From: Felis catus
Taxonomy: Eukaryota
Direction: 5' to 3'
Assembly: GCF_018350175.1 (NCBI RefSeq)
Contig: NC_058368.1
Span: forward strand, 140,060,001 to 140,124,000
DNA length: 64,000 nt
The position numbers and the translations under genes are program-made. This document shows, in pieces, positions 12,096 through 24,790 of the stretch; the stretch's first letter is position 1, and every line of letters starts with the position of its first letter. Under the pieces are notes generated by a model. The model saw only the letters and a program-made list of their open reading frames with translations. It was not told the origin of the DNA and searched no databases.

Positions 12096-13789
12096 AGCAT
12101 CCTGATTACGCCTGTAAACTGATTATGATGTCCATTGGCACTCCATCACTTTCAACAGCTTTTCTCAGGATCGTTCTACTACAAAGCATGCAGCACCTGA
12201 CCCTGAGGTGGTGCCACCAAAGAGAAAACCACAGCACTTCCATAGTATTGCAGGGTTGGTGATTTTCAAATACAGATATATGGGGCTTGCTAGAACATAA
12301 ATTCAGGTAAGATCATAGAAGCATGCCTGCTGATGCACTATTTATATGCATTTTGGTGGCTTAGAATATTCATTAAATAATGTAATCAGCAACTGCTACT
12401 CTTCAACCGAATTTTCTGTTTGCCTAAAATTAAAGGAAAGAGTGGACTTGTGAATTTCCAATTCATGTAGGAATTTATTTAAAATGTAGAGGGTGCTTAA
12501 GACCTATTCTTGACTTTTTCCTGTGTCTCATGTTAAATATAATAATGTTGTGCACTGGGTGTGAATCTCTTAAGTATTCTCAGACTCCATATAGCAGGAT
12601 AGACAGTTTGTAGAGGGATTAGCATCCTGAAACCTCTCTCTGTGCTTCTAAGAACTGGTAATAGAAAGGACATTCTGGTTTCTAGGAGGAAATCCTGTTT
12701 TAATTACGCTTTATATGCAGAGTCTTGGGACACACACATCACAGACACTATAAAATAGAGAAGTGGATTGGTGAGGCTCTGGGGAAAGCCTCAGGGCACA
12801 GCTGTCTTTACACAGTGACACAACAAACTCAGAAGAGCAGAGAGGCTCAGGCACCATCAGTCTCTCTATCCCTTACAGCCCTGCATTAAACTGTCCTGCA
12901 CGATAGTCAAAGAGGGGAGAAGCTTAAATTGTGCTTTCCTGTTCCAGAAGAGAAGGGCTTTATGTCAGTAGCTGTAATCTCAAGTCATTACCTTTAAATC
13001 AACACTGCAAGAGAGCTAGGATGAAATGTATTTACTGAAACAGTGCAGGAATAATAGTGCAATGGCTCATTGACAGAGTACATTTGAATGGCAGGTGTAA
13101 TTTAATTGAGAATTGTATGCAAAGAGGAAAATAGAATTGATGTTTGTTTAATATTGACTTGTTTAAAAGCAATGGATCAATGCCAAGTTGCTCTTAATTT
13201 CCTCTCTCTGATATAATTTTTTCTTTAAAGAGTTGTTTTCAAATTTTTTTTCCTCTTTCTTGAAGGTAGGATGGCTAATCACAAAATAAGAAACGTGAAG
13301 ACCATCTACTAAATCCAGAGAAAGATCTATAGTTGTTTCATGCCTTAGAGAAAACAAGAGAAAAAAATGGAATTTAATCTCTTCATCAACTGCTGTTAAT
13401 TCATAATTTTCTATGTAATGAGATTGGAATGAGCTGTGCAGGGAAGATGCAGCCTGCATAACAATAACAGGCTTTCAGATAGATTCCAATCTTAGCCGCT
13501 ATATTTCTTCTTCCTAGGGTCTTCCCAGAGAGATCACACAACAAAACATCTTGATCAATTGGACAATACCCTGCTTTTTTTTTTAACTTAAAATCCACTC
13601 CCAGATCCCATTCAATGGGCATTTCTTAATATTTGAGATAGTCCAGTAAGTTTTTTTAGGGAATAAAATTACCTGTTTATCAGGAAGTTGAAGAAGAAAA
13701 ATTATACAATCTCAAATATATTTCCAATTTAAAACTTTAGAAATAGAATACTTTTTCTAATTTGAAAAAGTATCTCTTTGCTAAAACAG

Positions 13790-14045
13790 CAGCTATATTA
13801 CACTCCATGGGGAAACACTGGAAGCATTTCCATTAATTTCAGAAACAAGTCTAGGATGCTGGCTAGAAGTCAGTATCGTTTAACCCGATCACAGCAATTC
13901 TGGACAATGCAATAGCAATGAAACAGCAGTGACAGGAATGGGCATTGGAATGGAGAAGGAAATTATTTATAGTCTAAACATATTTTACATAAATAACAAA
14001 TATAGATTATCAAACCTGAGAAAATGTAGTGAAGTTATTTGAGGC
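13790..14045 (+). mobile_element. Ancient L1M ORF2 (RT) fragment
   Basis: ggggaaacactggaagcatttccattaatttcagaaacaagtctaggatgc resembles the GEKLKAFPLRSGTRQGC region. Confidence 0.6.
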
Positions 14046-14289
14046 TCTAGTCAATGTCTTCTGTTCCTGTCAAAGAGCAGCTCCATATCACCCTCAGCAG
14101 CCTGAAGGGGAGCCTCACTCAGAAAACAGAGCCAACAAAAATGAACGTTCCCACTAGCACATCTTTCAACACATTCATAACCTTCATGACCATTATAAAT
14201 GGTGTACTGCCCTTGCTCTTGCCCATGACCTTCCCTTCAATTGTGCACTGGCTTAGCTTGGCTTGGCTCTTATCCTTCTCATGTAGTTA

Positions 14290-14835
14290 TGAACATCACT
14301 CTTGTACTTATGTCTTCTCTCTAACATCCAATTTGTCCTCTGCTGCATCATTACCATTAGCATCCAAACATTCTTCAGTATCTTCCACCTTAAAAAGCTA
14401 TCCCTTGGCCTGACATCACCCTCTAGCTATTGTCCTGTTGCTTGGCTCCCTTTTCCAGCAAAACTCCTTTTAAGAATTCTTACCTTTCACACTTCTTGGC
14501 CTCCCATTAGTTCTTGAACCCATGCCTCTCAAGCTTTTGCCCCTAACTCTTCATTGAAATAGCTCTTGCTGAGATCACCCATGACCCCCATGTTGATTTG
14601 ACACAGGGGTCAGGACTAGTCCTACTCTTACTTGGTCTAGTAACAGCATCAGACTCAGCTGCCACTCTCCTCTTGAAATGATTTCTTCACCTAGGCTATG
14701 TGACTCCATTTCTCGTGGCTCTCCTCCTGCCTCATTAGCTATATATTTTGCTCTTTTTTTTTTTTTTTTTTTTTTTTGCTGGATATTCCTCACTTCCTTT
14801 TCTCTAAATATTGGCATGTCTCAAGGTCAGTTCTG
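14290..14835 (+). mobile_element. L2 RT-region relic
   Basis: ttgaaatagctcttgctgagatcacccatgacccccatgttg…cttgaaatgatttcttcacctaggc are typical L2 motifs. Confidence 0.7.
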
Positions 14836-14849
14836 TGAAAGAGAACTGA

Positions 14850-15190
14850 GGTGAGGTGAGGAGGTAAATCTAGCAAATTATTGGTTTATGTGATTGTGAG
14901 GGCTGACTAGGCAAATCTGAAATCCGTAGGGCAGGCTATTTGAAAGGCAGTCTGGAACGCTTGGGCTTGAACCGAGGTTGGATCCACAGGTGGGATTCCT
15001 TCAGAGAAGCCTTAGTTCTACTCTACAGGCTTTTCAAATGATTGAATCAGGCCTACTGAAATTATCCCAGATAGTCTTCCTTTCTTAGATTATCTATAAG
15101 ATACCTTCCCAGCAACACCTAGATTAGTGTTTGGTAGACTAACAGGGGACTATAGTTTAGCCAGGCTGACACAGAAAAGTGACCATCACA
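14850..15190 (-). mobile_element. MLT2-family (ERVL) LTR
   Basis: cagcaacacctagattagtgtttg…tagccaggctgacacagaaaagtgaccatcaca is the antisense MLT2 5' end. Confidence 0.75.
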
Positions 15191-15791
15191 CTCACAGTCA
15201 TATCATTTTTAAGTGGCAGAATTGACTTTTGAACCTAAGACAACCTAACCTCAAAGTCAGTGCCCACTTCAGGATATCATCTCGTCCAACACTCTGAGAA
15301 GGGCCTGCTTCTTAAAACTGGGTCCTCACTATTACCAGCAATATGCAAACTTAATTTGCTTAACTGTTTTTCAGAGATGGGGAAAGGTATTCTTACTCTG
15401 GGTGGAGGTTAGACAGGAGTGCATTTCAGCACTAACATTCAGTAGTCCTTTGGTTCAGTGATACTCAAATTTGCTCAGTAGAGATCATCTGAGGATCCAC
15501 AAAGAGGACAGAGAATGATTTATAAAGGGCAATAGTGAAATAGGTTCATTTCTAGTATTTAAGAAGGCCGCTTAAAAACAGTTTATGGTTGGGTTTAGAA
15601 ACATTTTTTTACAATATTATTTAAAATATACTCTGAAGAATCTCAGAATAAAGGGCTAATTAAGTAAATGAAAACTTGAGTCTGTCCTGTTTGTAGTTGT
15701 CACTCTTATTGAATTGATTCCAAATTAATGAAGTTTTACAACATATGACATTTAAAGAAGTAACTCTAATGTTTTATTTACTGAAGTCAGT

Positions 15792-16258
15792 TGTGGTGTG
15801 TTGAGTAATGGCATCCCAAAGAAGTTCAGGCACTAAATTCTTGGAACCTGTGAATGTTTTCTGGCAAACAAATTTTGCATGTGATCAATCTGAGGCTCTT
15901 GGGATGGAGAGTCTCCTGGCTCACCCAGGTGGGCCCAGTGAAATCACAGCAGCCCTTCTAAAGGACTAAGGAGGAGACAGTGTGATGATGTCAGCAGAAG
16001 CTGGAGTGGAGGTGTTTGGAGATAGAGGGAGAGGTCACAAGCCACGGAATGCAGGTGGTGATTAGAAGGTGAAGAAAGCAAGGGACCAGGTTGTCCCTTT
16101 AGTACCTTCAGGAATCAGCCCTGCTGACACCTTGCTGTTAGCCCTGTGAATCTGAGCTTGGACTTCTGACCTCCAGAACTGTAAGAAAGTACATTTATGT
16201 TGTTTTAAGCCACTGAAGTTATGATAATTTGTTAGGGCATTAATGGGAAACTAATGTG
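15792..16258 (+). mobile_element. MaLR solo LTR (MLT1D-like)
   Basis: cagccctgctgacaccttg…ttctgacctccagaactgtaag…ttttaagccact; 5-bp TSD tcagt (15787-15791/16259-16263). Confidence 0.88.
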
Positions 16259-16642
16259 TCAGTAGAGAAAGTGTTTTCTGGTTAATTGTTTTTGGCTTAA
16301 TGACAGTTATAGAACAATTCATGAATGGCAGGTGACAAATGCTTTTGGTTGGCTAACACAGCTTCCATCCATAACCTCTTTCTCCCTAGTTGGAGATGGA
16401 CTTTGTTGGGAGACCGTTTCCTGGGGGCCAGCGAAAAGTTAGAGTCTAGACGTCTGATGAAATCTTTGAACAGGAACACCAACCATGGACCACCTATCTC
16501 CAGATTTTTATGTGAGAAAAAGAGTAAAAGACTAAGCACACACAAAATGTAGTATAGCCATCCTTCCAGACTTTAATTTGTGAACTCACATGCATGTATA
16601 TGTGCACTTACACACATAGGCACACACATATTTAAATACTAT

Positions 16643-17139
16643 TGATGAAGGAAATTTTCAACTTTGAATGTTTGTGGGCCCTAATCCTGGGCTCCCAGGG
16701 AAGCTATACTTGAACATTTAGCATGGTCAGAATGGCTCAGAAAAACCTCAAAGCATGGGCTCTATTTCTACCCCAAGCACACATTGTCTATCTGCTTCAT
16801 TTAAAAATAATAATCATAAGGAGCATTCCAAACATGAAGGTAAGAAAAAGAAAAAACCTCCCCCTGGTTTCTCTAAGATGGAAGTCAAAGAGCCTTGCAC
16901 ATAAAAACTAAGATCATGTCTATAACTTTCCAGAGCGTCCTTCATAATGATTTGTAACTCTATGTAAAAAAACAAAAAACAAAAAACAAAAACCTATGTA
17001 ACACTGCACCGAATGTTTCTTTCCTGGAGCACTCTTATTTGTGAAGATCATCTATCCAGGCAGCTGTCCTAACTTGGGCTCAAATGAAACTTTTCCTTGC
17101 TCTTTATAATTTTTAAAAAGGTTTGTTCGTTTTTCAGCA
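16643..17139 (+). mobile_element. ERV1-like solo LTR
   Basis: TG…CA termini, 497 bp, perfect 4-bp TSD ctat (16639-16642/17140-17143), LTR-like 3' segment ctgtcctaacttgggctcaaatgaaac. Confidence 0.7.
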
Positions 17140-18488
17140 CTATGCATGGGAAATTGTCACTTTTTTCCATTTAACATTATTTCGGAGCCAATTTCCATGC
17201 CGATAAATACAAATCAATGTAAAGCAACCATTTAGAGTGGCTATCTGCTATTTCAATGTATAAATGCATTTCAGTTTATTTTAGCAGCCTTCCATTGATG
17301 AGCGATTGTGGTTGTCATCGTTTTTAAAGCTTCCTCCTATTCTAAACAATCCTGTGCTGAACATCTTTATATGTCACTGGGCACATTTGCTTTACTACTT
17401 CCTTGGAATTATTTCTCAGAAAAAGAAGTTCTCAGGCGCTCACCTGACTGGAAGACAACTGATCTGTCAAGGGTTGAAGTCAATAAAAGCAACAAGGAGC
17501 CAAAATTAAGGTCACAAAGTTACCCTTCCTTTCTGCAATAGATTAAATCAAAGACTGGAGCTGGAGGAGGCACTGACTACCCCCTCTTCCCTTTTCCCCA
17601 TAGAACCTGCACTGGTTGAGGGTCTGGTGGAGCAGTGTAGACAGGGGGATCGCCTGACTGTTAGGGGACCCTGAACAAAAATCTCCAGCAGTGTTGTAGA
17701 CTCTGGGATTCTAGGGAATGGGAGAGGGAAGGGCTAAGAGTGGAAAAGAAGGGTAAGAGTGAAAAAGTAAGCTTGAGTGGGGAAAGAGTCTTCCAGGTTA
17801 TGCCCCCCCCCCCCTGCCGACTCCCATGAGGCGCTCCTGCGGAGGCACCTGAAGAAGACCTCTGCCAAAGGCCTCAGGTAGAGAGTCGTAGGGATGCAGG
17901 TGCAGAGCTCAGGATGTATATATGCAGTGGTTGACCCAAGGAGGCACCTGTGACCTGGACTGCTCCTCCCCTCAGCCCATGATGCACGTCCGTGCACCAA
18001 GTCTCGTGTGGGGAGGCCAGCCCCCCCGGGGAGGCTTGTCAGGCAAAGCCTCTGTAGTTGCCTGTAGTTGGGCCTGAAAAATCATAGGTTTTTAACCAGG
18101 AGCCCGACTTCTCATAAATGCTGGGTCAAATGATAGGCATGTTTTGAAGGCTTTTACACATAATAACATTCAGAAATGTGACCCTTGGCACTATTACCAC
18201 AACATCACAACACTGAGAGTTGATGTATTCTTAAATATTTGACAATCTTGTAGTTAAACATGGGTTCTCATTGTTTCAGTTTCTGCTTACTGGTTATCAG
18301 GGAATTGGAACTCCTTTCATATTCTGGTGCTAGTTCCTTATTTTAATTGTTAGAGCTTTGGATGATCTGGTAGAGTAGGACCTATCCCAGTAGTCTTGTT
18401 TGGCTTTTTTTTCTTGCCTCTTCTCATGCATTTATTTTTCTAGATGCATTTTACAGCCATTTAATAAAGCTTCTCTTCCCCTTAAACT

Positions 18489-18544
18489 CCTATTGGGAGT
18501 TTCCCTATTGGGGAACCCTATTGGGAAACCCCTATTGAGATTTC
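18489..18544. repeat. Short tandem array, 4 x cctattg(g/a)g… units of 13-15 bp
   Basis: cctattgggagtttc cctattggggaac cctattgggaaacc cctattgagatttc. Confidence 0.85.
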
Positions 18545-18798
18545 ACTTGGGCTTTTTATATTACTAGATGAATTTGTGAAGAGGGGACTGACATCTTTAT
18601 AATAGTGAGCTTTTCTGTCCAGATCGTGATCTATATGTCCTATTAGTTTGGGCTAGTTTTTAATGAGATAGGGTGTAAATAATTTCCTTGGTTAAGGAAG
18701 AACAATAAGATAGTTGACATAGTTTTTACATTTTGCCTAAGTGGAAGCAGGACAAGCTTTTATATCAGGACCATAAAAAACATATAAAATGACACATA

Positions 18799-18998
18799 GG
18801 GGGGGCTCTGGGGGGGGTTCAGTTGATGAAATATCTGACTCTTGATTTTGGCTCAGGTCATGATCTCACAGCTCTTGAGTTTGAGCCTCACGTCAGGCTG
18901 TGTTGGCAGCGTGGAGCCTGCTTGGGATTCTCTCTTCCCTCTCTCTGCCCCTTCCCTATTTGTGTGTGCACTCTTGCTCTTTCTCTTAAAATAAACTG
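18799..18998 (+). mobile_element. CAN-SINE (diverged)
   Basis: ggctcaggtcatgatctc core; TSD tataaaa(a)tgaca(c/t)ata. Confidence 0.88.
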
Positions 18999-19017
18999 TA
19001 TAAAAATGACATATATA

Positions 19018-21022
19018 TGCAGTCCTCTTTCTGCATGATTTTGGCATACATAAATTTCAGTTATCATGGCTCAGTTAATAATAGGAGTCCCCCACCACAC
19101 AGTTCAACCTTTAGTTACCTTAGTGTATAAACTAAGTAATATTATCATCAAGGGCAAATTTGACTGCTAGCTCTTCAGTCTGCAGATCACTCTGTGAATA
19201 ACATAAATTGATCAATGATCAGTGATGTCTGTTCCTTCAGTGTCTGTCAGTGCTTGGCCCCTGCATATCTGTTACTCAGGTCAACCCCACACAGCACAGT
19301 AGGTGGTTGTGTTCCCTCCTGATTTCCCAGTAATAAATCCATGTAAGGCTTTGCAAAAGGGATAATCAAAAGAGGGCATTAGCCAATAAATTGGAGGGGT
19401 CACAAGAAGACAAGATATCGTAATGCTGGAAGTGCAGCCCGAATTGGATGTAAATGGAACGCTAGAAGAACTCATCACTGTGGGAACACAGACACAGCTG
19501 CTGTTCAGAGGACGTCAGATCTGCAGCCAGGGGGAAAAATCAGACTTGCGTGAACTTCAAGTGGTAGTGACAAAAAGGATGAACGGGTCTCAGAGGAAGT
19601 GACCCTTGCAAAAAAAAACTTCACATTAAAGGAACTCTTGGAGACATTTCACGACATTGATAAAGGCAAAGGATAAATGGGGACAGCTGGTTCAAAATTA
19701 AAGAAGATTAAGATGATTTGCCACAGCGTCGGAAAGATGCTTGCTCTGAGTCATAAATTATAGGACAAGAACAAAGTGATCACTGTTCAAGTTACTCTTG
19801 AGAAATAAGGTGAAATAAATTTAATCTTCATTGTTTCTAATGTTTAAAATAAGGTGTATTAAATGTTGCTATTTTTATATTTCTCTGTGCATTTATAGTG
19901 AACAGCAAGGGCTTTTAATGCTTGGATAATATACATGGAAAAACTCCATTTTTTCCTTCTGTGTAGGGAAAAACCCAGTTCTTCCCTTCTATGAATTTCT
20001 TCCCTATGTGTTTCCTTTACTATTTACACAAAACACTTCACTTCTGACACTTCTGGTCACCAAATGGGTGGGGTTTTTTTTCCCATGCCAAGCAATTTGC
20101 GGTGCCCCCAGCTAGGTGTCCTATAATTCAACTCAACTCTAACACCATCTACCTAGAAATGGTATCAGATCTCACAGGCTAAGGGACAAGACTCCCACCC
20201 CCACACACACACCACACTTCTGATGTCAGTCACAAACCCAGGGTGTCACCTGTGCATCACAGATTCCAATGACCTCTTCTTTGGGTTCAATTAATTTGCT
20301 AGAGCGACTAACAGAAATCAGGGAAACATTTATGTTTACCAGTTTATTAAAGGATATGATAAAGGATACAGATGAACAGCCAGATGGAGAGAAACAAAGG
20401 GTGAGGTCTGGGAAAGTCCTAAGTACTGGAGCTTCTGTCCCCATAGAGTTGAGGTGTATCACCCCCCGCCCCTACTGTGGATGTGTTCACCAACCTGGAA
20501 GCTCTCAGAACCTCACACTCTTCTTCAACTTCATGGAGGCTTCCTCACATAGGCGTAATGAATTATTAAGTTAGCTTCTAGTCCTTCTATCTCTGAAGGG
20601 TCGGGGGTGGGGCTGAAAATCCCAAACTTCTCATCATAGTTTGGTCTTTCTGGTGGCCAGTGTCCATCCAGAAGCCCACCCAGAGCTGACACAGTGGCAC
20701 AAAAGGTGCTCCTGGTGCTCTTATCACCTAGGGATTTACAAGGTTGTAGGAGCCCTGTGTCAGGGATGGGGTTAAATACCAGATATTAGAACAAGAGATG
20801 CTCTTAGTGTTTTGATCACTCAGGAAATTATAAGGGCTTCAGGAGCTCTGTGCCAGGAATGGGGAGGCAGAGACCAATATATATTTCCTGTTGTGTCGCT
20901 GAGAACACAGTAAAGATGACTGAGCAACTGTAATTTTTTTCCATTAAGATCATTTTGTGTAGTTTCATCCTATGCACTCATTCTGTGTGATCGTGCACTG
21001 CCGTGCAAAGTGAGCACAATCT
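19018..21022 (+). mobile_element. Tigger13a-like TcMar DNA transposon, split by an LTR
   Basis: 5' aatttcagttatcatgg…agtcccccaccacacagttcaa…gctgctagctcttcagtc-like and 3' attaagatcattttg…tgccgtgcaaagtgagcac match recalled Tigger13a ends. Confidence 0.78.
19934..20899 (-). mobile_element. MER21-family LTR inserted in Tigger13a
   Basis: cacttctgacacttctggtcaccaaatg…ttgggttcaattaatttgctagagc…aggagctctgtgccaggaa…ccaatatatatttc. Confidence 0.8.
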
Positions 21023-21231
21023 GTGCTAAGGAAAACAGGAGGCAGAGTGAGCAAGAATAGTAAGTTGAGTGAAAATCCCCCCAACTCAGAGCAGATGGCA
21101 GGGAAAGGAAAGGCTGTTCATCTTGGTAAGAAAATAATGCCCATGAGACTGTCACTGGCCTAGAGGATGAATGTGCTATTGTGGAGTCATGCAGGGATGC
21201 TGCCACTCACAAAGGTCCTTCCAGAAATGAA

Positions 21232-21900
21232 GTCACTGTGTGGAAGAGCTGTCTGCACCACCATGTTCATTCACTGCAGCCTTATTTACCACAGCCAGGC
21301 CCTGGACACAACCTAAGTGTCCATCAACAGATAAGTGTGTAAAGAAAATTAATACGTATACAATGGAATAGTAAAACGGTAAAAGTAAAGAGGTAAAAAG
21401 CCATAAAAAGTAAGAAATCCTGCCATTTGTGACAACACGAATGGACCTTGAGGGCATGAGGCTTAGTGAAGTAAGTCAGTCACAGAAAAGACAAATACCA
21501 TATGGTCTCACTTATATGTGGAAGCTAAAAACAAAAAAATAAAAAGCAAAACTGAATTCACACTCCTAGATACAGAAAACAGATTGAGGTAGGGGGTAGG
21601 GGAGATGGAGCGAAGGACGTCAAAAGGTACAAACTTCCTAGTTATAAGGTAAAATAAATACTGAGGATGTACTGTCCAACATGGCGACTGTAGTTAACAC
21701 TGCGGCATATTTGAAAGTTGCCAAAAGTTCTCGTTGCAAGGTGAAAAAGCTTTTTCCTTTTGTCTCTATGTGGGATGATGAATGTTAACTTGCTGTGGTA
21801 ATCATTTCACAATATATGCAAGTCAGGTCAGTATGTTGTACACCTTGAACTTACACAGCATTGTCCATCAATTGTATCTCAATAAACCTGGAAGAAAAAA
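21232..21900 (+). mobile_element. L1 (L1MA9/MB-like) 3' end
   Basis: caacctaagtgtccatcaacagat…gaaatcctgccatttgtgacaac…tctcaataaa plus A-rich tail. Confidence 0.87.
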
Positions 21901-23759
21901 AGAAACCTCTTCCCAATCATCAGTTTATTTAAATAGAATCTTTCTTTAAAGCTTTTGCTTATGAAAGTAGAAGGGATTTCTGGCCCTGGTTGCCTGAGTG
22001 TGCATCCTTGCTCCCTTTCTTTCAGGAGTCAAGATTGTCTAGGTCAAAAATGCCCCCTGTCTTTGTTGCTGTGTCAGGGAGGATGACTGCTCTCATTCCA
22101 GTTCTTTCATATGAAGTCATCTTGGCCACTTAATCTTCCATTGCACTGACACAATGAAACCCTCTCAGCCTAATGGGTTCAGGCACATCTTTCCTGGGCC
22201 GATAGCCAGGAATGGATTGATGTGCTAGTTTGAAAGGAGAAAGAAAGCACAAAGAATTTTTCAAGCCAAGGAAGAAACCAGAGAAAGAAATACAGTTTCT
22301 GTCAATGGCTTTAAGTGAGGATTTTTCCTTAAAATCCCCATGATGCTCTACAGCGCTGTGAGTGATTTATAACGCCAGCAAGGACTGGCTGTGCTTAATG
22401 GGGTCATTTGATTTTAATGCCTCAGATGGGACTGCTGCTATTTTTGGCCCAATAAACGAGTCTGCGGTGGTACACATGAGCAAATTTAAAAAGGTAAATC
22501 ATGTCTGTACTGTGATCAATTTAGAGGGAGAGAATCTTAAGAAGAAAGCCAGACAGACAGTGAGATGGGAGATGTAATCTTCGACAAAATGCGTAACATT
22601 CCCTCATCTCTGGAGTAGAGGTACACAAAAGGCAGAGGCATCTGTATTTATAGATGTTCTGACGCTGGCTCTGAGATGTAATTTAAGGAACTCAAAGACC
22701 TGTCTCATTGGATATACGTCCTTGCTAAGTTGCTGGACTTCCTGCCTTTAGCTTGAGTTCTTCAGAGTCTTTCTGCATCTACCTTTGATTAGCAGTATGA
22801 CCTTGAGCAAGTTATCTTTTCCAGCCTCAGCTTCTTCTCCTGTAAACAAGAGAATTGAAGGAGAAATCTAAAAGGTCTTTCAGTTCAATGGCTTTGTGAC
22901 TCTCTCAAGTTCTTCAGGAGAAATACTTTTAATTGGGGGGACAGTTTCTGTCAGTAAAATTTTAAAAAACCAGCCTTGATGTAGAAAGGATTTAAGGTGA
23001 CTTGCTATCATTTTATTTCTCTGGCTTTTGCATATGTGAGGAAGTTTCTTTTCTTCCCCACCCTGCACATGGCTGCCTTCAACTAAACTAAGGCGTGGTC
23101 TGGGATCTCAGAGGTTGTCAAGAGTATTTTATATTGCTTCTTAGATTGGTTGGCAGCACAGATCACATTACTGCAGGCAATTAAGATTTGGCTATAGAAA
23201 TGAACTATTTCAAAAGTAAAACATCATTCATATAATAGCTAGTTAGAAATGCTATCACAAAATTTAGAATAAAATTTGAAGAAATAGAAACATCTAAGTA
23301 ACTACCATTGTGTTCATTTTAAGAACTATCAAGCCTTGCCTATCTACTCTTTATTTTAATCTCTAATATAGGTAAAAAGCAAGCATTGATTCACCATAAA
23401 TATTTCCTTAGAGTGAAAGTCAATTGTTACATTCATAGCTCACATCTGGCTCAGACTCTTAGAGGTGCTAAGACAACTTGACATTAAAAGCTCATTCAGG
23501 ATTTCCAAGCTCTTGTAAAATAACGACAGGACTTCTAAGTCCTAATTTTCCATACATCTTCCAAAAAGCATATATATCACAAGGAGAATAAATGCAAAAA
23601 CCTGTAGTTCAAGTCTACAACAATACTAGGAGACAGAAAATAATACAGTTCTCTTCAATTTATACATAGTGGAGAAATGGAAACACAGAAGAGCCAACCG
23701 GTGAGCTCTGCTAGAGTGGTGAGTCAGGAAGATACTAGCAGTAGAGGAATGAAAGTAAA

Positions 23760-24425
23760 TCTCCCTCAAAAAGAAGGTCCCCCTACAGTGAGTGAAGAAA
23801 CACTGAGAACACTGTACCTGTGCCAGCATCACATGAAAGGAAGGTACTCAGCATCAGCTATGAAGCCTCCTTGCTATAAATGTTTGACCTCAGTTGAATT
23901 CCAGGAAAGAGGAGAATCCCAAACATGAGATATTCTGTAGACAACTGACCTCTACTCTAAAAAGGATTCAATGTCATAAAGAACCAAGGGAAATGGAAAG
24001 ATGGTTTCAGGTTGGGGGGAATAATGAGACATAACAACGAAACACAATATGGAAATCTTGACTGCATCTTGGATGGGTGTGCAGCTACAAAGGTCACTTG
24101 GCAAATGGGAAGGAAATTGCAGTACAACTGTGTCTTGTGTGATGTTACTTGAATGAATGCTTGTTTTCAGCTGTCGTAATGGTGATGTGGTTGTGCAGGA
24201 GAAAGCCCTTGTTCATGAGAGGTGCAAATCGGAGGACTTAGGAGTGAATGGCAATGAAGTCTGGAGCATACATTCAGATGGTTTGCAGAAGGGAAGTGCG
24301 TCTGTATGCAGTGGACAATGCAGTGGATATGATGAGATACCTTCAGTTAATAAACCTAGTATGGGATGTACTGTTGAGCAACGTTTCTGGAGGCTTAAAA
24401 TTTTCTGAAAGAAAAAGAAAGAAAA
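23760..24425 (+). mobile_element. Ancient L1MC-like 3' UTR
   Basis: gtaatggtgatgtggttgtgcaggagaaagcccttgttc…aaaattttctgaaagaaaaag pattern. Confidence 0.6.
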
Positions 24426-24629
24426 TTTCAGGCATCTTATTTTGAGCCCTTGAGACATTTAGCTGTCTCCTGCAAACTTCCTGGTGATATTTCCCAGAGA
24501 CCTATCCCTACGTATGTCTTTGTGTTCCCCATGGCACAGCAAGAGGAGAAAGATGGGGAAGCTCTTGCAGCCTGCAAGTTCCCAGTTTGCATGATACAAC
24601 TGTTGTGCCTGTCTGGAGTTTCTCTGGCA

Positions 24630-24790
24630 TGGTGTTTCTCAGAGTGGAGTCTGTGAGCCACTGGTGAGCCTGCATTATATTGGACCTGCCGTAGACTTGC
24701 TGGAACTCTGGAAGGTGGGACCCAAGAACTAGAATTTTAGCAAGTTCCTTTGATTTCTTTTGCACACTGAAGTTCAAGAAACCTTGACCT
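24630..24790. mobile_element. MER5-like hAT-Charlie relic
   Basis: ggtgggacccaagaactagaattttagcaagttcc…cacactgaagttcaagaaacc. Confidence 0.55.

Noticed and set aside
13163..13622. Two overlapping minus-strand ORFs in unique DNA
   Set aside because: No protein family that I recognise and no exon structure; lengths are compatible with chance.
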